From Akkermansia sp. (GTDB taxonomy: Bacteria; Verrucomicrobiota; Verrucomicrobiia; Verrucomicrobiales; Akkermansiaceae): a stretch of 64,000 nucleotides of DNA. Under the pieces are notes generated by a model. It did no database searches. It had not been told where the DNA came from and saw only the letters and a program-made list of their open reading frames with translations. This document shows, piece by piece, positions 37,445 through 47,416 of the stretch (within the stretch, counting starts at the first letter, position 1; each line of letters starts with the position of its first letter). A program made the translations under genes and the position numbers. Where the stretch lies: the NCBI GenBank assembly GCA_045592685.1, contig JAZNVF010000086.1, positions 31,014 to 95,013 of the forward strand, given 5' to 3'.

Positions 37445-38218
37445 ATGAAGATACGGTTAATCATCACATTGCTGTTACTGCTCATACCCCTGCCCGTCCC
37501 GGCAAGGGACAGTGTGGGTTTGCCGCAAGAAGCAGCGGAACCACAGATGGCGGAGGTCTGTCGACAATTGATATCGGCTACAGAGGAGATAGAAGAGCTG
37601 CTGCTCAAAGTAAAGGATTACGAAAGCGCCCAGGCTGCCGTGCCTGCCATGCAGAGCCACCAGAACCGGGTTCGTGCATTGCTGCTGAAGCTGGAAGACG
37701 CACCGACCGATATCAGCACGAACCGAATCATCACCCGGACCATGATGACCCTCATGCACATAACGCAGCGCTACATGCCCGTTGTCCTGCGATTGGAGAC
37801 AGAAAACGCCTATGGCTCCGAAAGCCTGCTGGCTATGCTGCGAGTGCTCGGCTCAGATGACCCCTACGGTGAAAATGAAGAATCACCGTCAGTTCCTGCC
37901 GTTCAGCCACATGAGGTATACACGGCGCTGTGTCGCCACCTCAATGAGGTGCTCTATGAACTTCGCAAAACCACCGACAGCTACTCTGCCCGCAACACTG
38001 CTGCCGTGCTGCGCCAGTGGCAACCGGAGCACCGGCGCCTGTGCGAACAGTGGAACAGCCTGCCACCCGCTGTACTGGCTGAACAGATTGCCGACCAGGA
38101 AAAACTATCTTCGCTGAAAGCTGAACTTGCCGCAGAGATTGGCAGATTGCGCAAGGCAACCTGCTTCGATGACCCCGATTTACCCTCGCTGCTCAGCCCC
38201 TATGCAGCGATGCCCTGA
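37445..38218 (+). CDS. Hypothetical secreted all-helical protein (two-module; paralog of 53756-54685)
   Basis: Signal peptide MKIRLIITLLLLLIPLPVPA. Repeated motif L..V.D..SA..A.... and an N.YGS..L element. Confidence 0.65.
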   Translation: MKIRLIITLLLLLIPLPVPARDSVGLPQEAAEPQMAEVCRQLISATEEIEELLLKVKDYESAQAAVPAMQSHQNRVRALLLKLEDAPTDISTNRIITRTMMTLMHITQRYMPVVLRLETENAYGSESLLAMLRVLGSDDPYGENEESPSVPAVQPHEVYTALCRHLNEVLYELRKTTDSYSARNTAAVLRQWQPEHRRLCEQWNSLPPAVLAEQIADQEKLSSLKAELAAEIGRLRKATCFDDPDLPSLLSPYAAMP

Positions 38219-38228
38219 ACACACCGCC

Positions 38229-39062
38229 ATGCAACGCACCGATTACCACACCCATACGCCGCTGTGTCTGCACGCGGAAGGTGAACCCGAGCAATACGTG
38301 GCTCGCGCCCTGGAGCTCGGAATGATGACCTATGGTATAGCAGATCATGCCCCTATGCCGCCCGAGCAGGAGCCCTACGATAACTGGCGTATGCGCTGCG
38401 CAGATGCCACGGCGTACCGGGAATGGATAGACCGCGCCCGCGCTGCTGCTGCGGGCAAATCCCTGAGCATACTCACCGGGCTGGAGTGTGACTGGCTACC
38501 CGGCATAGAGCCGTGGGTTCGCCGGCTGCGGCAGGAATTCGCCTGCGACTACCTCATTGGCTCTGTTCACTATCTGCGGCGCGGCGAATCGGTAGATGAC
38601 AGCGTGTACGCCAACCGCACCATCACCGACAGTACCGAAACGGACTGGCAGCTCTATTGGCAGGCTGTAACCGACATGATTCAGAGCAAATTGTTTGACA
38701 TAGTGGGGCATATAGACCTTGTCAAGATATGGAAAAGAGTGCCCGGGGGCAACCTGCTCCGTTACTACGGCCCAGCTCTGGATGCCCTGGAACACAGCGG
38801 CATGGCGGTAGAAATCAACACAGCAGGCTGGCACAAACACTGTACCGAACAATACCCGGGCCGCGAATTCCTGCAAGAACTGCTGCAGCGGCGTATCCCC
38901 ATAGTCATCGATTCGGATGCTCACTGCCCCGCTCACCTCTCACGCGATTGGGACAGAGCTGTTGACCTGCTGCAGGAACTCACCTCGGGTAAACTGCGAC
39001 AGTTTGAACACCCCGCAGCCCACAATCCTCACACCATACTGCATGCTTATGGATCTCTTTGA
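38229..39062 (+). CDS. PHP-family histidinol-phosphatase (HisJ/HisK type)
   Basis: Starts MQRTDYHTHTPLCLHA and has GIADH, GLECD, GSVH and DSDAH, the PHP metal ligands. Start at ATG 38229. Confidence 0.8.
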   Translation: MQRTDYHTHTPLCLHAEGEPEQYVARALELGMMTYGIADHAPMPPEQEPYDNWRMRCADATAYREWIDRARAAAAGKSLSILTGLECDWLPGIEPWVRRLRQEFACDYLIGSVHYLRRGESVDDSVYANRTITDSTETDWQLYWQAVTDMIQSKLFDIVGHIDLVKIWKRVPGGNLLRYYGPALDALEHSGMAVEINTAGWHKHCTEQYPGREFLQELLQRRIPIVIDSDAHCPAHLSRDWDRAVDLLQELTSGKLRQFEHPAAHNPHTILHAYGSL

Positions 39063-41337
39063 ATTCGCTGCTCAGCAACCGGTAGACCAGGACCGCGCGC
39101 GCTACGACGAGCTCTGCCAAATCATCAATCGTAACAACGAGCTTTATTATGCTCAGGCTCAACCCGAAATAACAGATGCTCAGTACGATGCTCTCTACCG
39201 CGAACTGGAGGGGCTGGAGGCCGCGCACCCGGACTTCATCACCCCGGCCTCACCCACGCAGCACGTTGGTAATGATCTGACGGAGGGATTCCGCAAGATT
39301 ACCCACCCGCGCCCGATGCAGAGTATAGACGATATCTTCGAGCACAAGCCCGGTCAGGGGGAAACGGATGTCGAGCTGGTGGATTTCTATAACCGACTCT
39401 GCCGCACTCTCGGGCAAGATGCCCCACAGGTGGTGATAGAGCCCAAGATAGATGGTTGCGCCGTCACCCTGATGTACCGCAATGGTCGTCTGATCTACGC
39501 CGCCACACGCGGCAACGGCACTACCGGGGATGACATCACCGCCAATATACTGACCATCGGCAGCATACCCCGAGTGCTCCCCGAAGGCGCGCCCACCCTG
39601 CTGGAAGTGCGAGGGGAGGTTTACATGCCCTTTGCCGACTTCAACAAGCTCAATGAACAGCGAGACGCCGAGGGCTTGCCGGCTCTGGCCAATCCCCGCA
39701 ACGCCACCGCCGGCACTATTAAGCTGCTCGATGTGAACGAAGTAGCCGCCCGACCACTGGCTTTCCTGGCACACGGTATAGGAGAATACGAGGGAGCCCC
39801 CCTGCACTCGGCCTCTGATTTCGCAGACCTGCTCCAGCGCATGGGAATACCCTGCAATGCCCCCATCATCCATGCCGAGGGGCTGGCTGCCGTGCGTCTG
39901 GCCGTGAATGACATCGATACCCTGCGCCACGAACTTGGCTACGGAACGGATGGCGCCGTCATCAAACTGGCTGATTTTGCCCTGCGCGAGAGCCTTGGCT
40001 CTACAGCTCGCGCCCCGCGCTGGGCAGCTGCATTCAAGTACTTACCCGAGCAGAAAGAAACCACCCTGAGAGCTATCACCATACAGGTGGGTCGCACCGG
40101 TGTGCTCACCCCCGTGGCCGAACTGGAGCCGGTTCAGCTTTCCGGCACCACCGTCTCGCGCGCCACGCTGCACAATCAGGACGAAATCACCCGCAAAGAT
40201 ATTCGCATAGGTGATACGGTGCTTGTCGAAAAATCTGGCGAAATTATCCCGGCCATTATACACGTCAACAAAGATAAACGCCCCGCCGGTGCCACGCCCT
40301 ACAGCCTGTACGATGCCGTAGGCGGCGTGTGCCCCTGCTGCGGCGAACCCATCTCGCAAGAGGACGGACAAGTAGCCTGGCGCTGCACCAATTTCACCTG
40401 CTCTGCACAGGCTGCCATGCGAACCTCGCACTTCTGCAAGCGAGAGTCACTCGACATCGAAAATCTGGGCGGCACCGTGGCCGAAGCACTCGTGCGCAAC
40501 GGCTATATCTCCACCCCTCTCGACCTGTTCTCTCTCTCTGTGGAAAAGCTCGGCGCCCTCAATCTCGGTACGGAGGAGGAACCACGCCGATTCGGCGAGA
40601 AAAACGCCGCCAAAGCGCTGGAGGCACTGGAGCGTGCCCGCACCCTGCCCCTGGAGCGCTGGCTCACCGCCTTCGGCATACCCGGTATCGGTGTGACGAC
40701 GGCACGCGAGGTAGCGAGCTACCACCACGACTTGCAGCAACTGGCACATTCGGAGTACCTCGCCGCCCTCATACGCCTGGAGGATGGGGTGACTCTCTAC
40801 AACTCACTCAACCCGAAAGCTCGCAGCAACAAGGGCGCTGACCCCGCAGAGCTCGAAGCCCGCCGGACAACCCTGCGCGCGGAGCTGGAATCGCTCGCGG
40901 CCCCATACGAGAAGCGTCATTTTCTTTCCCTGCAGCCGGATGGCAGCAACAAACTCAAGCTCAGCAACCCGCTCGGCTCCGTGTCTACCCACAATCTGCA
41001 ACAGTGGTTCGAGTCTGCAGCCGGGCAACAGGTGATGAGCACTCTCAGTGAGCTGGGTATCAACCCGACCTCCCCCACTTATTCCGAAAATGCCACGCCG
41101 GATAACGGCCCGCTGAGCGGACTCACCTTTGTGCTGACTGGAGCTCTGAGCCGCCCTCGCCCTGAGTTTGAACGCCTCATTGCCGAAGCCGGCGGAAAAG
41201 CTACGGGCTCCGTTACCAAAAAGACCTCCTATCTGGTGGCTGGCGAGGGTGGCGGCAGCAAGCGCGAGAAAGCCGTTAAACTCAACATCCCCATCATCGA
41301 CGAAACAACCCTGCTTTCCATGCTGAAAGGAGATTGA
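39049..41337 (+). CDS. ligA: NAD-dependent DNA ligase
   Basis: Contains YYAQAQPEITDAQYDALY, adenylation Lys in EPKIDG, a Zn finger CPCCG...C..F.C, HhH repeats and a C-terminal BRCT (FVLTGAL). Start 39049 or 39043; overlaps the upstream gene by 14-20 nt. Confidence 0.93.
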   Translation: MDLFEFAAQQPVDQDRARYDELCQIINRNNELYYAQAQPEITDAQYDALYRELEGLEAAHPDFITPASPTQHVGNDLTEGFRKITHPRPMQSIDDIFEHKPGQGETDVELVDFYNRLCRTLGQDAPQVVIEPKIDGCAVTLMYRNGRLIYAATRGNGTTGDDITANILTIGSIPRVLPEGAPTLLEVRGEVYMPFADFNKLNEQRDAEGLPALANPRNATAGTIKLLDVNEVAARPLAFLAHGIGEYEGAPLHSASDFADLLQRMGIPCNAPIIHAEGLAAVRLAVNDIDTLRHELGYGTDGAVIKLADFALRESLGSTARAPRWAAAFKYLPEQKETTLRAITIQVGRTGVLTPVAELEPVQLSGTTVSRATLHNQDEITRKDIRIGDTVLVEKSGEIIPAIIHVNKDKRPAGATPYSLYDAVGGVCPCCGEPISQEDGQVAWRCTNFTCSAQAAMRTSHFCKRESLDIENLGGTVAEALVRNGYISTPLDLFSLSVEKLGALNLGTEEEPRRFGEKNAAKALEALERARTLPLERWLTAFGIPGIGVTTAREVASYHHDLQQLAHSEYLAALIRLEDGVTLYNSLNPKARSNKGADPAELEARRTTLRAELESLAAPYEKRHFLSLQPDGSNKLKLSNPLGSVSTHNLQQWFESAAGQQVMSTLSELGINPTSPTYSENATPDNGPLSGLTFVLTGALSRPRPEFERLIAEAGGKATGSVTKKTSYLVAGEGGGSKREKAVKLNIPIIDETTLLSMLKGD

Positions 41338-41341
41338 CCCC

Positions 41342-42277
41342 ATGACCGACAAAGCTCTGATATACGGCACAATAGCCATTGACACCCTGATAACCCCCAA
41401 CGGACGCGCCAACTCCGTGCTGGGCGGCAGCGGTATCTATGCCGCGCTGGCCGCACGACTTATCACTGATAACATGGCTCTGGTCGGCGTGGTAGGTACG
41501 GATTTCGAGAAAAAATATCAACTGGCTATGGAAACCCGCGGCGTCAGCATGGCGCACGTGGCACAGGTAGAGGGGCAGACTTTCGCCTGGACCGGTCAGT
41601 ACGAGCAAGACATGAACAACCGCACCACGGTGAGCACCATCGAGGGAGTGCAGGAACACTGGCAGATGCAGCTCAGCCCCGAACTGCAGCAATGCACCCT
41701 GGCCGTCGCAACGAACGTAACCCCGCCGCTCCAGTACCGCATGCTTGAGCAGTGCCCGAATGCCACCTTCCGCATGGCGGATTTCATGAAATCATGGATT
41801 ATCCGCGAGCGGGATTACACGCACAAGTTGCTGGGCGTGGTTGATTTAGCCCTCATGAATGACGAAGAAGCCCGCAAATATGCCGGGGTGAATGACAGCC
41901 TGGCGGCAGGCTACAAACTGCTGGATGCCGGTCCACGCTACGTCATCGTGAAGCATGGCAGCGCCGGCTCCACCCTCTTCCACCGCACGCCGAGCGGGGA
42001 AATAAGGCTTTTCCGCTGTCCGGCCTGGCCGCTGGTACAAGCCACCGACCCCACCGGCGCAGGGGATTCCTACATGGGAGCTCTGGCCGGTTACCTGACA
42101 CACTGTCTCAACGGCGGCAACCCGACATGGGACGATATGAAACGCGGTGTGGCCATTGCCACGGTCGTGGCTGCCACGGTCTGCGAAAAGTTCGGCACAG
42201 TCTCTCTCTTCGCGCTTACCAGACGTCAGCTCGCAGAGAGAATTGAACAGTTCCGCGCCATGACCTGTTGGGAGTAA
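41342..42277 (+). CDS. PfkB-family carbohydrate/nucleoside kinase
   Basis: 311 aa. Contains GGSGIYAALAA and DPTGAGDSYMGALAG. Substrate unknown. Confidence 0.8.
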   Translation: MTDKALIYGTIAIDTLITPNGRANSVLGGSGIYAALAARLITDNMALVGVVGTDFEKKYQLAMETRGVSMAHVAQVEGQTFAWTGQYEQDMNNRTTVSTIEGVQEHWQMQLSPELQQCTLAVATNVTPPLQYRMLEQCPNATFRMADFMKSWIIRERDYTHKLLGVVDLALMNDEEARKYAGVNDSLAAGYKLLDAGPRYVIVKHGSAGSTLFHRTPSGEIRLFRCPAWPLVQATDPTGAGDSYMGALAGYLTHCLNGGNPTWDDMKRGVAIATVVAATVCEKFGTVSLFALTRRQLAERIEQFRAMTCWE

Positions 42278-42371
42278 TTTCCAGGTGTATCAAAATACAG
42301 GACCTCTCCCCTCGGTACACACGACTTTCTTGCCACAAAGTCGAAAAATGGCATCTCTGTCGATTTTTTGC

Positions 42372-42400
42372 TTGCATAGAGAAACACAAAAGCGCAAGAT
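42372..42400 (+). promoter_or_regulatory. Possible promoter (weak -10)
   Basis: TTGCAT (42372-42377), N17, CAAGAT (42395-42400), N8, ATG 42409. Confidence 0.3.
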
Positions 42401-42408
42401 GTCGGAGG

Positions 42409-43368
42409 ATGAAACTGCATACATTTTTACCGGTTCCGGTGATGCTTGCACTCACGGCCTGCGCCGGTGAGGTATGGTGCACCGATTTTGCCGCTGCGCA
42501 AGCTCAGGCGCAAGCGGAGGGGAAGGCTGTTCTGCTTGATTTCACCGGTTCGGACTGGTGCGGCTGGTGCATCACACTGCGCCGCCAGGTGTTAGACACT
42601 ACGGAGTTCAGGCAATATGCGAGAGATAAGTTTGTGCTGGTTGAGGTAGATTTACCCCATAACACTGCGAAATTAACCCCGCAGCAGCTCCGTCAGAATC
42701 ATGAGCTGGTAAAGCGCTACGCCATAACCACCTTCCCCACGGTTCTGGTGGTCACACCCCTGGGGCAAGTGACCGGCGGTTTCACCGGGGGGCGCACCGA
42801 CCTGGGTTCTGTCACCCAACCGCTGGAACTGGCCTTTGCGAACGCCCGACTGCTGGAGCAAGCAGAGACGCAGACCGGGGTTGAAAAAGCGAAAACGCTC
42901 TACACCTTTTACCGGAACATGCCCGACGTATTCCGACGGAATCTGGCAGAGCTGCGTAAAGAAATAGCTGCTCTCGACCCGCAGAATTCTACCGGAATCC
43001 ACACGGAAGTCAGAGATTTCAATATCGTGCAGGATGTACAGGCTCAAACCAGGGGCATGGCAGATGAAAGCGCCCTCATTGTCATAACAGATGCTCTGGT
43101 CAAGGTGAGCGAAACCAACCGCGTCCCCTTGCAGAAGATGCTCGCAGAGCTGCTCAACAACCGCATACGTCGCACACGTGAACAGGCAGACACCCTGGAC
43201 GACATCGAATCCATGCGGCACGATAATCTACTCATCATCAAATACTGCATACCACCTGAAAGTCAGCCGTACGCTATTAAACAGGTCAACGCCGAATTCT
43301 GCAACCCGCAAGAACTGCTCGAGCAGCTGCGCCGCGAGCGTGCCGAATACAGCAAGTATAAAAAATAA
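42409..43368 (+). CDS. Thioredoxin-fold lipoprotein with C-terminal helical domain
   Basis: Starts MKLHTFLPVPVMLALTAC (lipobox). LLDFTGSDWCGWC gives a CxxC motif. About 190 aa of helical tail follow. Confidence 0.7.
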   Translation: MKLHTFLPVPVMLALTACAGEVWCTDFAAAQAQAQAEGKAVLLDFTGSDWCGWCITLRRQVLDTTEFRQYARDKFVLVEVDLPHNTAKLTPQQLRQNHELVKRYAITTFPTVLVVTPLGQVTGGFTGGRTDLGSVTQPLELAFANARLLEQAETQTGVEKAKTLYTFYRNMPDVFRRNLAELRKEIAALDPQNSTGIHTEVRDFNIVQDVQAQTRGMADESALIVITDALVKVSETNRVPLQKMLAELLNNRIRRTREQADTLDDIESMRHDNLLIIKYCIPPESQPYAIKQVNAEFCNPQELLEQLRRERAEYSKYKK

Positions 43369-43481
43369 CCCCGCAGAGAAACAAGAACGCCGCCCCCCCA
43401 ACGCCCCGGCTTATGCGCAGAAAGCCAGGAAAGTCCCGACGGGTGGAGCAGCGGCGGTAAATGAGCAAGTTTCCGCGCGGG

Positions 43482-44807
43482 TCAGCTCTTGGGATAGAGA
43501 TTCTTGCGACCGATGGAGTGATACTCCATGCCGGCGTGCACAGCATTCTCGCCGTGAATGATATTGCGACCGTCGAAAATAATCGGCAAGCGCATCTTTT
43601 CACGAACTTTGACCAGATTGGCAGTAGCAAACTGTTTCCACTCCGTCGCGACGATAAGCACCTCGGCATCCTGCACGCAGTCATACATATCATCGCAGAT
43701 GGTGACATCGTACCCTTTCAGTGCGACGGCTCCGGTTTCAGCGGCCTTCGGGTCGTAGGCTGTCACGACAGCACCCTCCTCGCACAAGCGCTTGATGAGC
43801 TTGACAGCAACGGATTCGCGTACATCGTCCGTATTCTGCTTGAAGGCAATACCCCAGACAGCTACACGCTTCTTGCGCAGCACCCACAGCTTCTTGCGCA
43901 CGCGGCCCAGGAATCGCTCCAGCTGGGCAGCATTCACACGCTCCACCTCCTTGAGGATTTCCATCGGCGCACCAAGCTGCTCTGCAACGTTGATAAAGCC
44001 CTTGACATCTTTCGGGAAGCAGGAACCGCCGTAGCCCAGGCCGGCATTCAGGAAGTGGCGGGATATACGCTTATCCATGCCGATACCCATGGCGACCCGT
44101 TCCACATCCGCCCCGGCCTTTTCGCACACGGCAGACACGGCGTTGATATAGGAAATCTTGAGCGCGAGGAAGGAGTTGGCCGCGTGTTTAATCAGCTCGG
44201 CGGAGGCCAAATCAACCTCGACAATCGGAGCATTGAAGGGTTGATAGACTCGCTTCATCAAATCCATGGCGCGCTGAGAATCGGAACCGATGACAATGCG
44301 GTCAGGGTGCATCAGGTCAGCCACGGCACTGCCCTCGCGCAGGAACTCGGGGTTGGACACCACATCCACATCCACACCACGGCAGGAATAACGCTCGATG
44401 ACCTTGTACACCTTGTCACCCGTGCTGACAGGTACCGTGGACTTGTCCACCACCACGCGATAACCCATTTCAGGGGTGAGAACGGAGGCGATTTCGCAAG
44501 TTACACCTTCAATGTAAGACAAATCAACCGAGCCATCGTCATGCGGGGGTGTGGGTACGGCTATGAAAATAATTTCGCAATCTCTTACCGCAGCGGCCAA
44601 ATCCGTGCTGAATGACAGGCGCCCGGCAGAAACGTTGGAAACTATCATATCTTCGAGGTCTGGCTCATAAATGGGCATCTTCCCCCGGCGCAGACTCTCA
44701 ACTTTTGCCGCATTATTATCGATACACACAACATTGTGCCCCACTTCCGCAAAGCAAGTGCCAGTGGTTAGCCCCACATACCCCGTTCCGATGATAGCAA
44801 GATTCAT
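43482..44807 (-). CDS. ugd: UDP-glucose 6-dehydrogenase
   Basis: Starts MNLAIIGTGYVGLTTG and has GGSCFPKD (catalytic Cys). 441 aa. Confidence 0.9.
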   Translation of the reverse strand: MNLAIIGTGYVGLTTGTCFAEVGHNVVCIDNNAAKVESLRRGKMPIYEPDLEDMIVSNVSAGRLSFSTDLAAAVRDCEIIFIAVPTPPHDDGSVDLSYIEGVTCEIASVLTPEMGYRVVVDKSTVPVSTGDKVYKVIERYSCRGVDVDVVSNPEFLREGSAVADLMHPDRIVIGSDSQRAMDLMKRVYQPFNAPIVEVDLASAELIKHAANSFLALKISYINAVSAVCEKAGADVERVAMGIGMDKRISRHFLNAGLGYGGSCFPKDVKGFINVAEQLGAPMEILKEVERVNAAQLERFLGRVRKKLWVLRKKRVAVWGIAFKQNTDDVRESVAVKLIKRLCEEGAVVTAYDPKAAETGAVALKGYDVTICDDMYDCVQDAEVLIVATEWKQFATANLVKVREKMRLPIIFDGRNIIHGENAVHAGMEYHSIGRKNLYPKS

Positions 44808-44910
44808 ACTCGTTAAAACAGTATTGCCTACGCCAGACTATCATTTTTTGTACAAGATATCAAGCAGGAATCAAGTCCGATGCGGGAAAATTACCGAATA
44901 GAAGGAGATT

Positions 44911-45798
44911 TTACGGAGCCGTCGGCGATTGTCGGCGCAACTTTTCCAGGCGCTCGGCCCAGGCGGCTGCCTCTTCCTCATCTTCGGCGGCGTTTTCACC
45001 ATTGCGCAGCAGGTTAATGAGCAGAGCAATGGCCGCCGGGTTATCCTGACCGGCCGCCAGGCGGAGCATGGCCATACCGCGCTGAGGGTCGGCAGGCACG
45101 GCTTCACCGCTGAGCAGCATGATGGCATACACCAGCTGCGCGCGAGAATTGCCCCCTGTAGCGGCGCGTGAGTACCAATCGGCGGCCTGCTCCATATTCT
45201 CCTCCACGCCGTGCAAGCCTTTGGCGCAGATATTACCGAGGTCACAGGCGGCCTTCGCGGCAAGTCCCATGGCTTTTGCCTCCGTAACCTTTCGCAGTAA
45301 CTCCACACCTTCAGCCTGAGTATCGGTAGACTGCAACAACAAATGAGCCAGGCGGTACTGAGCCTCCGCTATGTTGGCGGCAGCGGCCTTTCGCCAGTGC
45401 GCTACAGCCGCCGTTTTGTCCGCCGGGCGCCCCAGCCCGTTGAAAAGGATATGCCCGAGGTAGAATTCAGCCTCAGCACTCCCCTGAGCGGCAGCCTTTG
45501 AAAACCATTCGAATGCCTGTGCCGGGTCAACATCTACCCCTTTCCCGCCTTGCAGGTAAACACCGCCAAGGTCCAGCTGAGCCCTGCACCAACCGCCTTC
45601 TGCCGCGCGGGTGAGCCACTGAAAGGCTCCGGCGAAGTCGGAAGAGTCGCCCTCGATATTGGGTTTAAGGAGTTCCTGAGCGCGGGCGTACATCTGCTCC
45701 GGGGTAGACGGCTCAGCCTTCCCCGCATCACCACATGCGGAGAAGGCTGTAGAAAGAGCGGCCAGTGCCGATACCCTGAAGAATACGGTTCGTTTCAT
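44911..45798 (-). CDS. Sel1-repeat lipoprotein
   Basis: Signal/lipobox LSTAFSAC. Multiple A..W..KAA..G...A...LG units. Confidence 0.85.
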   Translation of the reverse strand: MKRTVFFRVSALAALSTAFSACGDAGKAEPSTPEQMYARAQELLKPNIEGDSSDFAGAFQWLTRAAEGGWCRAQLDLGGVYLQGGKGVDVDPAQAFEWFSKAAAQGSAEAEFYLGHILFNGLGRPADKTAAVAHWRKAAAANIAEAQYRLAHLLLQSTDTQAEGVELLRKVTEAKAMGLAAKAACDLGNICAKGLHGVEENMEQAADWYSRAATGGNSRAQLVYAIMLLSGEAVPADPQRGMAMLRLAAGQDNPAAIALLINLLRNGENAAEDEEEAAAWAERLEKLRRQSPTAP

Positions 45799-45825
45799 GG
45801 CGCGGCAACTGAGTTTGCCTGAGAA

Positions 45826-47139
45826 TCAGGCCTTGTAGCTGTCCACCAGGGCGTGTGTGCGCTCGTGCACCTTCTGCACACGGGCCTTGAGCTCAGCCCT
45901 GTAGGCTTCTTTGTCAGGCATGGGGCGGCGGGCTACGCCGGAGATAACTGCGGCCTCTGCAATAGCTGGTGCGAGGTACTCAATCATGCGCGGGTCGAAA
46001 GGCTTGGGAATCACGTAGTCGCGGCCAAACTTCAGCTCCACGCCACCATTGGCAGCCACCACCTCGGCGGGTACTTCCTCGCGGGCCAGGTCAGCCAGCG
46101 CGCGGGAGGCGGCAATCTTCATCGCCTCGTTGATGCAGGTGGCCTGCATGTCCAGAGCCGCGCGGAACATGTAGGGGAAGCAGCTCACATTGTTCACCTG
46201 GTTGGGCCAGTCACTGCGTCCGGAACCCATGATGCAGTCCGGGCGGGCAGCCTTGGCCTCCTGATAGGTGATTTCCGGGTCGGGGTTAGCGCAGGCAAAG
46301 ATGATGGGGTTCGGAGCCATGCTCTTGACCATCTCAGGCTTCAGCAGGCCCTTCTTGGAAAGCCCCAGGAAGATATCCGCACCCTGCAGAGCGACCTCAA
46401 GTGTGCAGTCCTCACTCTGGGCGAACATAGCCTTGGTGGGGTGCAGGTCCAGACGACCGGTATGAATAAGCCCCTTGGAGTCGAACATGAAGATATTGTC
46501 GCGGCGGATACCAAGCGCCATATAGAACTTGGCACAGGCGATACCGGCAGCACCGGCACCGCAAACGACACACTTCATATCCTGAAGCAGACGACCGGTA
46601 AGGTGAGCGGCGTTCAGCAGGGCAGCGCCGGAGATAACAGCCGTGCCGTGCTGGTCATCGTGGAAAACGGGGATATTCATTTCCTCACGCAGGCGCTGCT
46701 CGACAATGAAGCACTCGGGCGCCTTGATATCCTCCAGATTGATGGCGCCGAACGTGGGCTCCATGGTTTTGATAACCTCGATAAGCGTCTCGGGCTTCTT
46801 GATATCAAGCTCGATATCGAACACGTCCACATCAGCATATATCTTGAACAGAAGTCCCTTACCCTCCATCACGGGTTTGGAGGCATGAGCCCCGATGTTG
46901 CCCAGCCCCAGCACGGCGGTACCATTGCTGATAACACCCACCAGGTTACCGCGGCCGGTATAAGCAGCCGATTTGTTCGGGTCAGCAGCAATCTCCATGC
47001 AGGGAACAGCCACGCCGGGAGAATAGGCGAGGGTAAGGTCATCGATAGAGAAGCAGGACTTGTTGGGCAGCACCTCCAGTTTGCCGGGGCGCGGTGTCTC
47101 GTGGTAATGCAGAGCTCTCTGGGCTAAATCAGTACTCAT
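45826..47139 (-). CDS. NAD(P)-dependent malic enzyme (short form, no PTA domain)
   Basis: Contains YSPGVA, FGAINLEDI and GAGAAGIA. I prefer ATG 47139; the track start at 47163 is a TTG. Confidence 0.9.
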   Translation of the reverse strand: MSTDLAQRALHYHETPRPGKLEVLPNKSCFSIDDLTLAYSPGVAVPCMEIAADPNKSAAYTGRGNLVGVISNGTAVLGLGNIGAHASKPVMEGKGLLFKIYADVDVFDIELDIKKPETLIEVIKTMEPTFGAINLEDIKAPECFIVEQRLREEMNIPVFHDDQHGTAVISGAALLNAAHLTGRLLQDMKCVVCGAGAAGIACAKFYMALGIRRDNIFMFDSKGLIHTGRLDLHPTKAMFAQSEDCTLEVALQGADIFLGLSKKGLLKPEMVKSMAPNPIIFACANPDPEITYQEAKAARPDCIMGSGRSDWPNQVNNVSCFPYMFRAALDMQATCINEAMKIAASRALADLAREEVPAEVVAANGGVELKFGRDYVIPKPFDPRMIEYLAPAIAEAAVISGVARRPMPDKEAYRAELKARVQKVHERTHALVDSYKA

Positions 47140-47165
47140 GTTGATATCTAATGTGGTGAGCAATC

Positions 47166-47193
47166 ATTATACACCTTTTTTACTCAAATGCAA
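47166..47193 (-). promoter_or_regulatory. Putative malic-enzyme promoter
   Basis: On the - strand: TTGCAT (47193-47188), N16, TATAAT (47171-47166). The leader is about 20 nt. Confidence 0.55.
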
Positions 47194-47288
47194 GCCTTGA
47201 GTCTGACTGCATAGTTACTGCCATATTTTTTTGTGGCAATACCCTGCTCTTTCATCTGGCCGTACACTTTAACTTTCAGCAGAATCAT
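47184..47288 (-). CDS. Candidate 34-aa basic peptide ORF with strong Shine-Dalgarno
   Basis: AGGAGG, N6, then ATG. Peptide MILLKVKVYGQMKEQGIATKKYGSNYAVRLKACI. Below the ORF-track length cutoff. No homology recognised. Confidence 0.3.
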   Translation of the reverse strand: MILLKVKVYGQMKEQGIATKKYGSNYAVRLKACI

Positions 47289-47351
47289 CCGTTTCCTCCT
47301 CTTTTCTTTGTTTTGTGGTTGACTTTTGAGCGGAGGTGTAGTCTTATATCC

Positions 47352-47416
47352 GTGAGGGTGTTCCCGTTGTCATCTTGGCTTGACCGAGACAGTCGCGGGA
47401 GTGCCCTCACTTTTTT
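47352..47416 (+). terminator. Orphan + strand terminator-type hairpin (candidate sRNA 3' end)
   Basis: 15-bp stem 47352-47366 / 47396-47410 followed by T6 (47411-47416). Three stem pairs are G-U on the + strand RNA but would be C-A mismatches on the - strand RNA. There is no + strand gene for about 4 kb upstream. Confidence 0.45.

Noticed and set aside
40990-41020. ggttcgagtct, resembling a tRNA T-loop.
   Set aside because: The flanking bases (agtgg / ctgca) cannot form a T-stem, and the site is inside the ligA coding frame.
42403-42408. GGAGG directly before ATG 42409 as a Shine-Dalgarno motif.
   Set aside because: The gap to the ATG is only one nt, too short for SD function. It more likely lies in the discriminator or 5' end of a leaderless transcript.
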